Assembly (NCBI GenBank): GCA_040954595.2
Contig: CM082591.2
Span: 3,271,957 to 3,335,956 of the forward strand
Direction: 5' to 3'
Source: Balanoglossus misakiensis
Lineage: Eukaryota > Animalia > Hemichordata
Length of the DNA stretch: 64,000 nucleotides
Shown here: positions 63,656 to 64,000 of the stretch, piece after piece
Layout of the letters: each line of letters opens with the position of its first letter
Position numbering within the stretch: position 1 is the first letter of the stretch
Notes under the pieces: generated by a model
Told to the model about the DNA's origin: nothing
The model's input: only the letters and a program-made list of their open reading frames with translations
Database searches by the model: none
Position numbers and translations under genes: made by a program

Positions 63656-64000
63656 GTTAGTTTGTAATCATAGCCATTTCCTGCAGCCACAGCAGCGTTA
63701 CATCATACTCGAAACTTCCAATTTTGTTCAGGCAAACTGCTGAGAAAATCTCGCTTTAACTCAATCCACTGTCAGTCTGGGCTAGTAAAATTACACATCT
63801 CCAGAGATGGGCCAGTATTGTGGCTCATTCGTTACCCATATTGCTATCAGACATAAGTCATAAGTTAACATATTTAACTACTGCAAGCACAGAGATGATG
63901 TTTTCTTTAATTACAAGTTATCCAATCTTACAGTATATAGTAAAATCGGTCTATACAGAACTCTATCTAATCTGGAAACCTGTCTATATCAAAGACATTT

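Overview
Eukaryotic (animal) genomic DNA, not prokaryotic. Gene structure and repeat content suggest an invertebrate, possibly a deuterostome (inference). Bases 1-20304 are an uninterrupted tandem satellite of three related 87-88 bp monomer types in ordered layers: A (1-~9780), B (~9780-18040) and mixed B/C (18041-20304), with local higher-order duplications. Next is a CpG-rich ~3.5 kb unique zone holding a ~1.2 kb inverted-repeat structure, promoter motifs and a 98-bp hairpin. A complete 16-exon BRSK/SAD-family kinase gene lies on the minus strand (CDS 54054 to 28010, 682 aa by manual splicing, ~17 kb first intron, probable ~3.6 kb 3' UTR). Head-to-head with it are the first four coding exons of an NMDA receptor GluN1 (GRIN1) gene on the plus strand (from 61030, running off the window). 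Introns carry MITE-like repeats and mini/microsatellites. All alignments and coordinates were derived by eye; no database searches were run.
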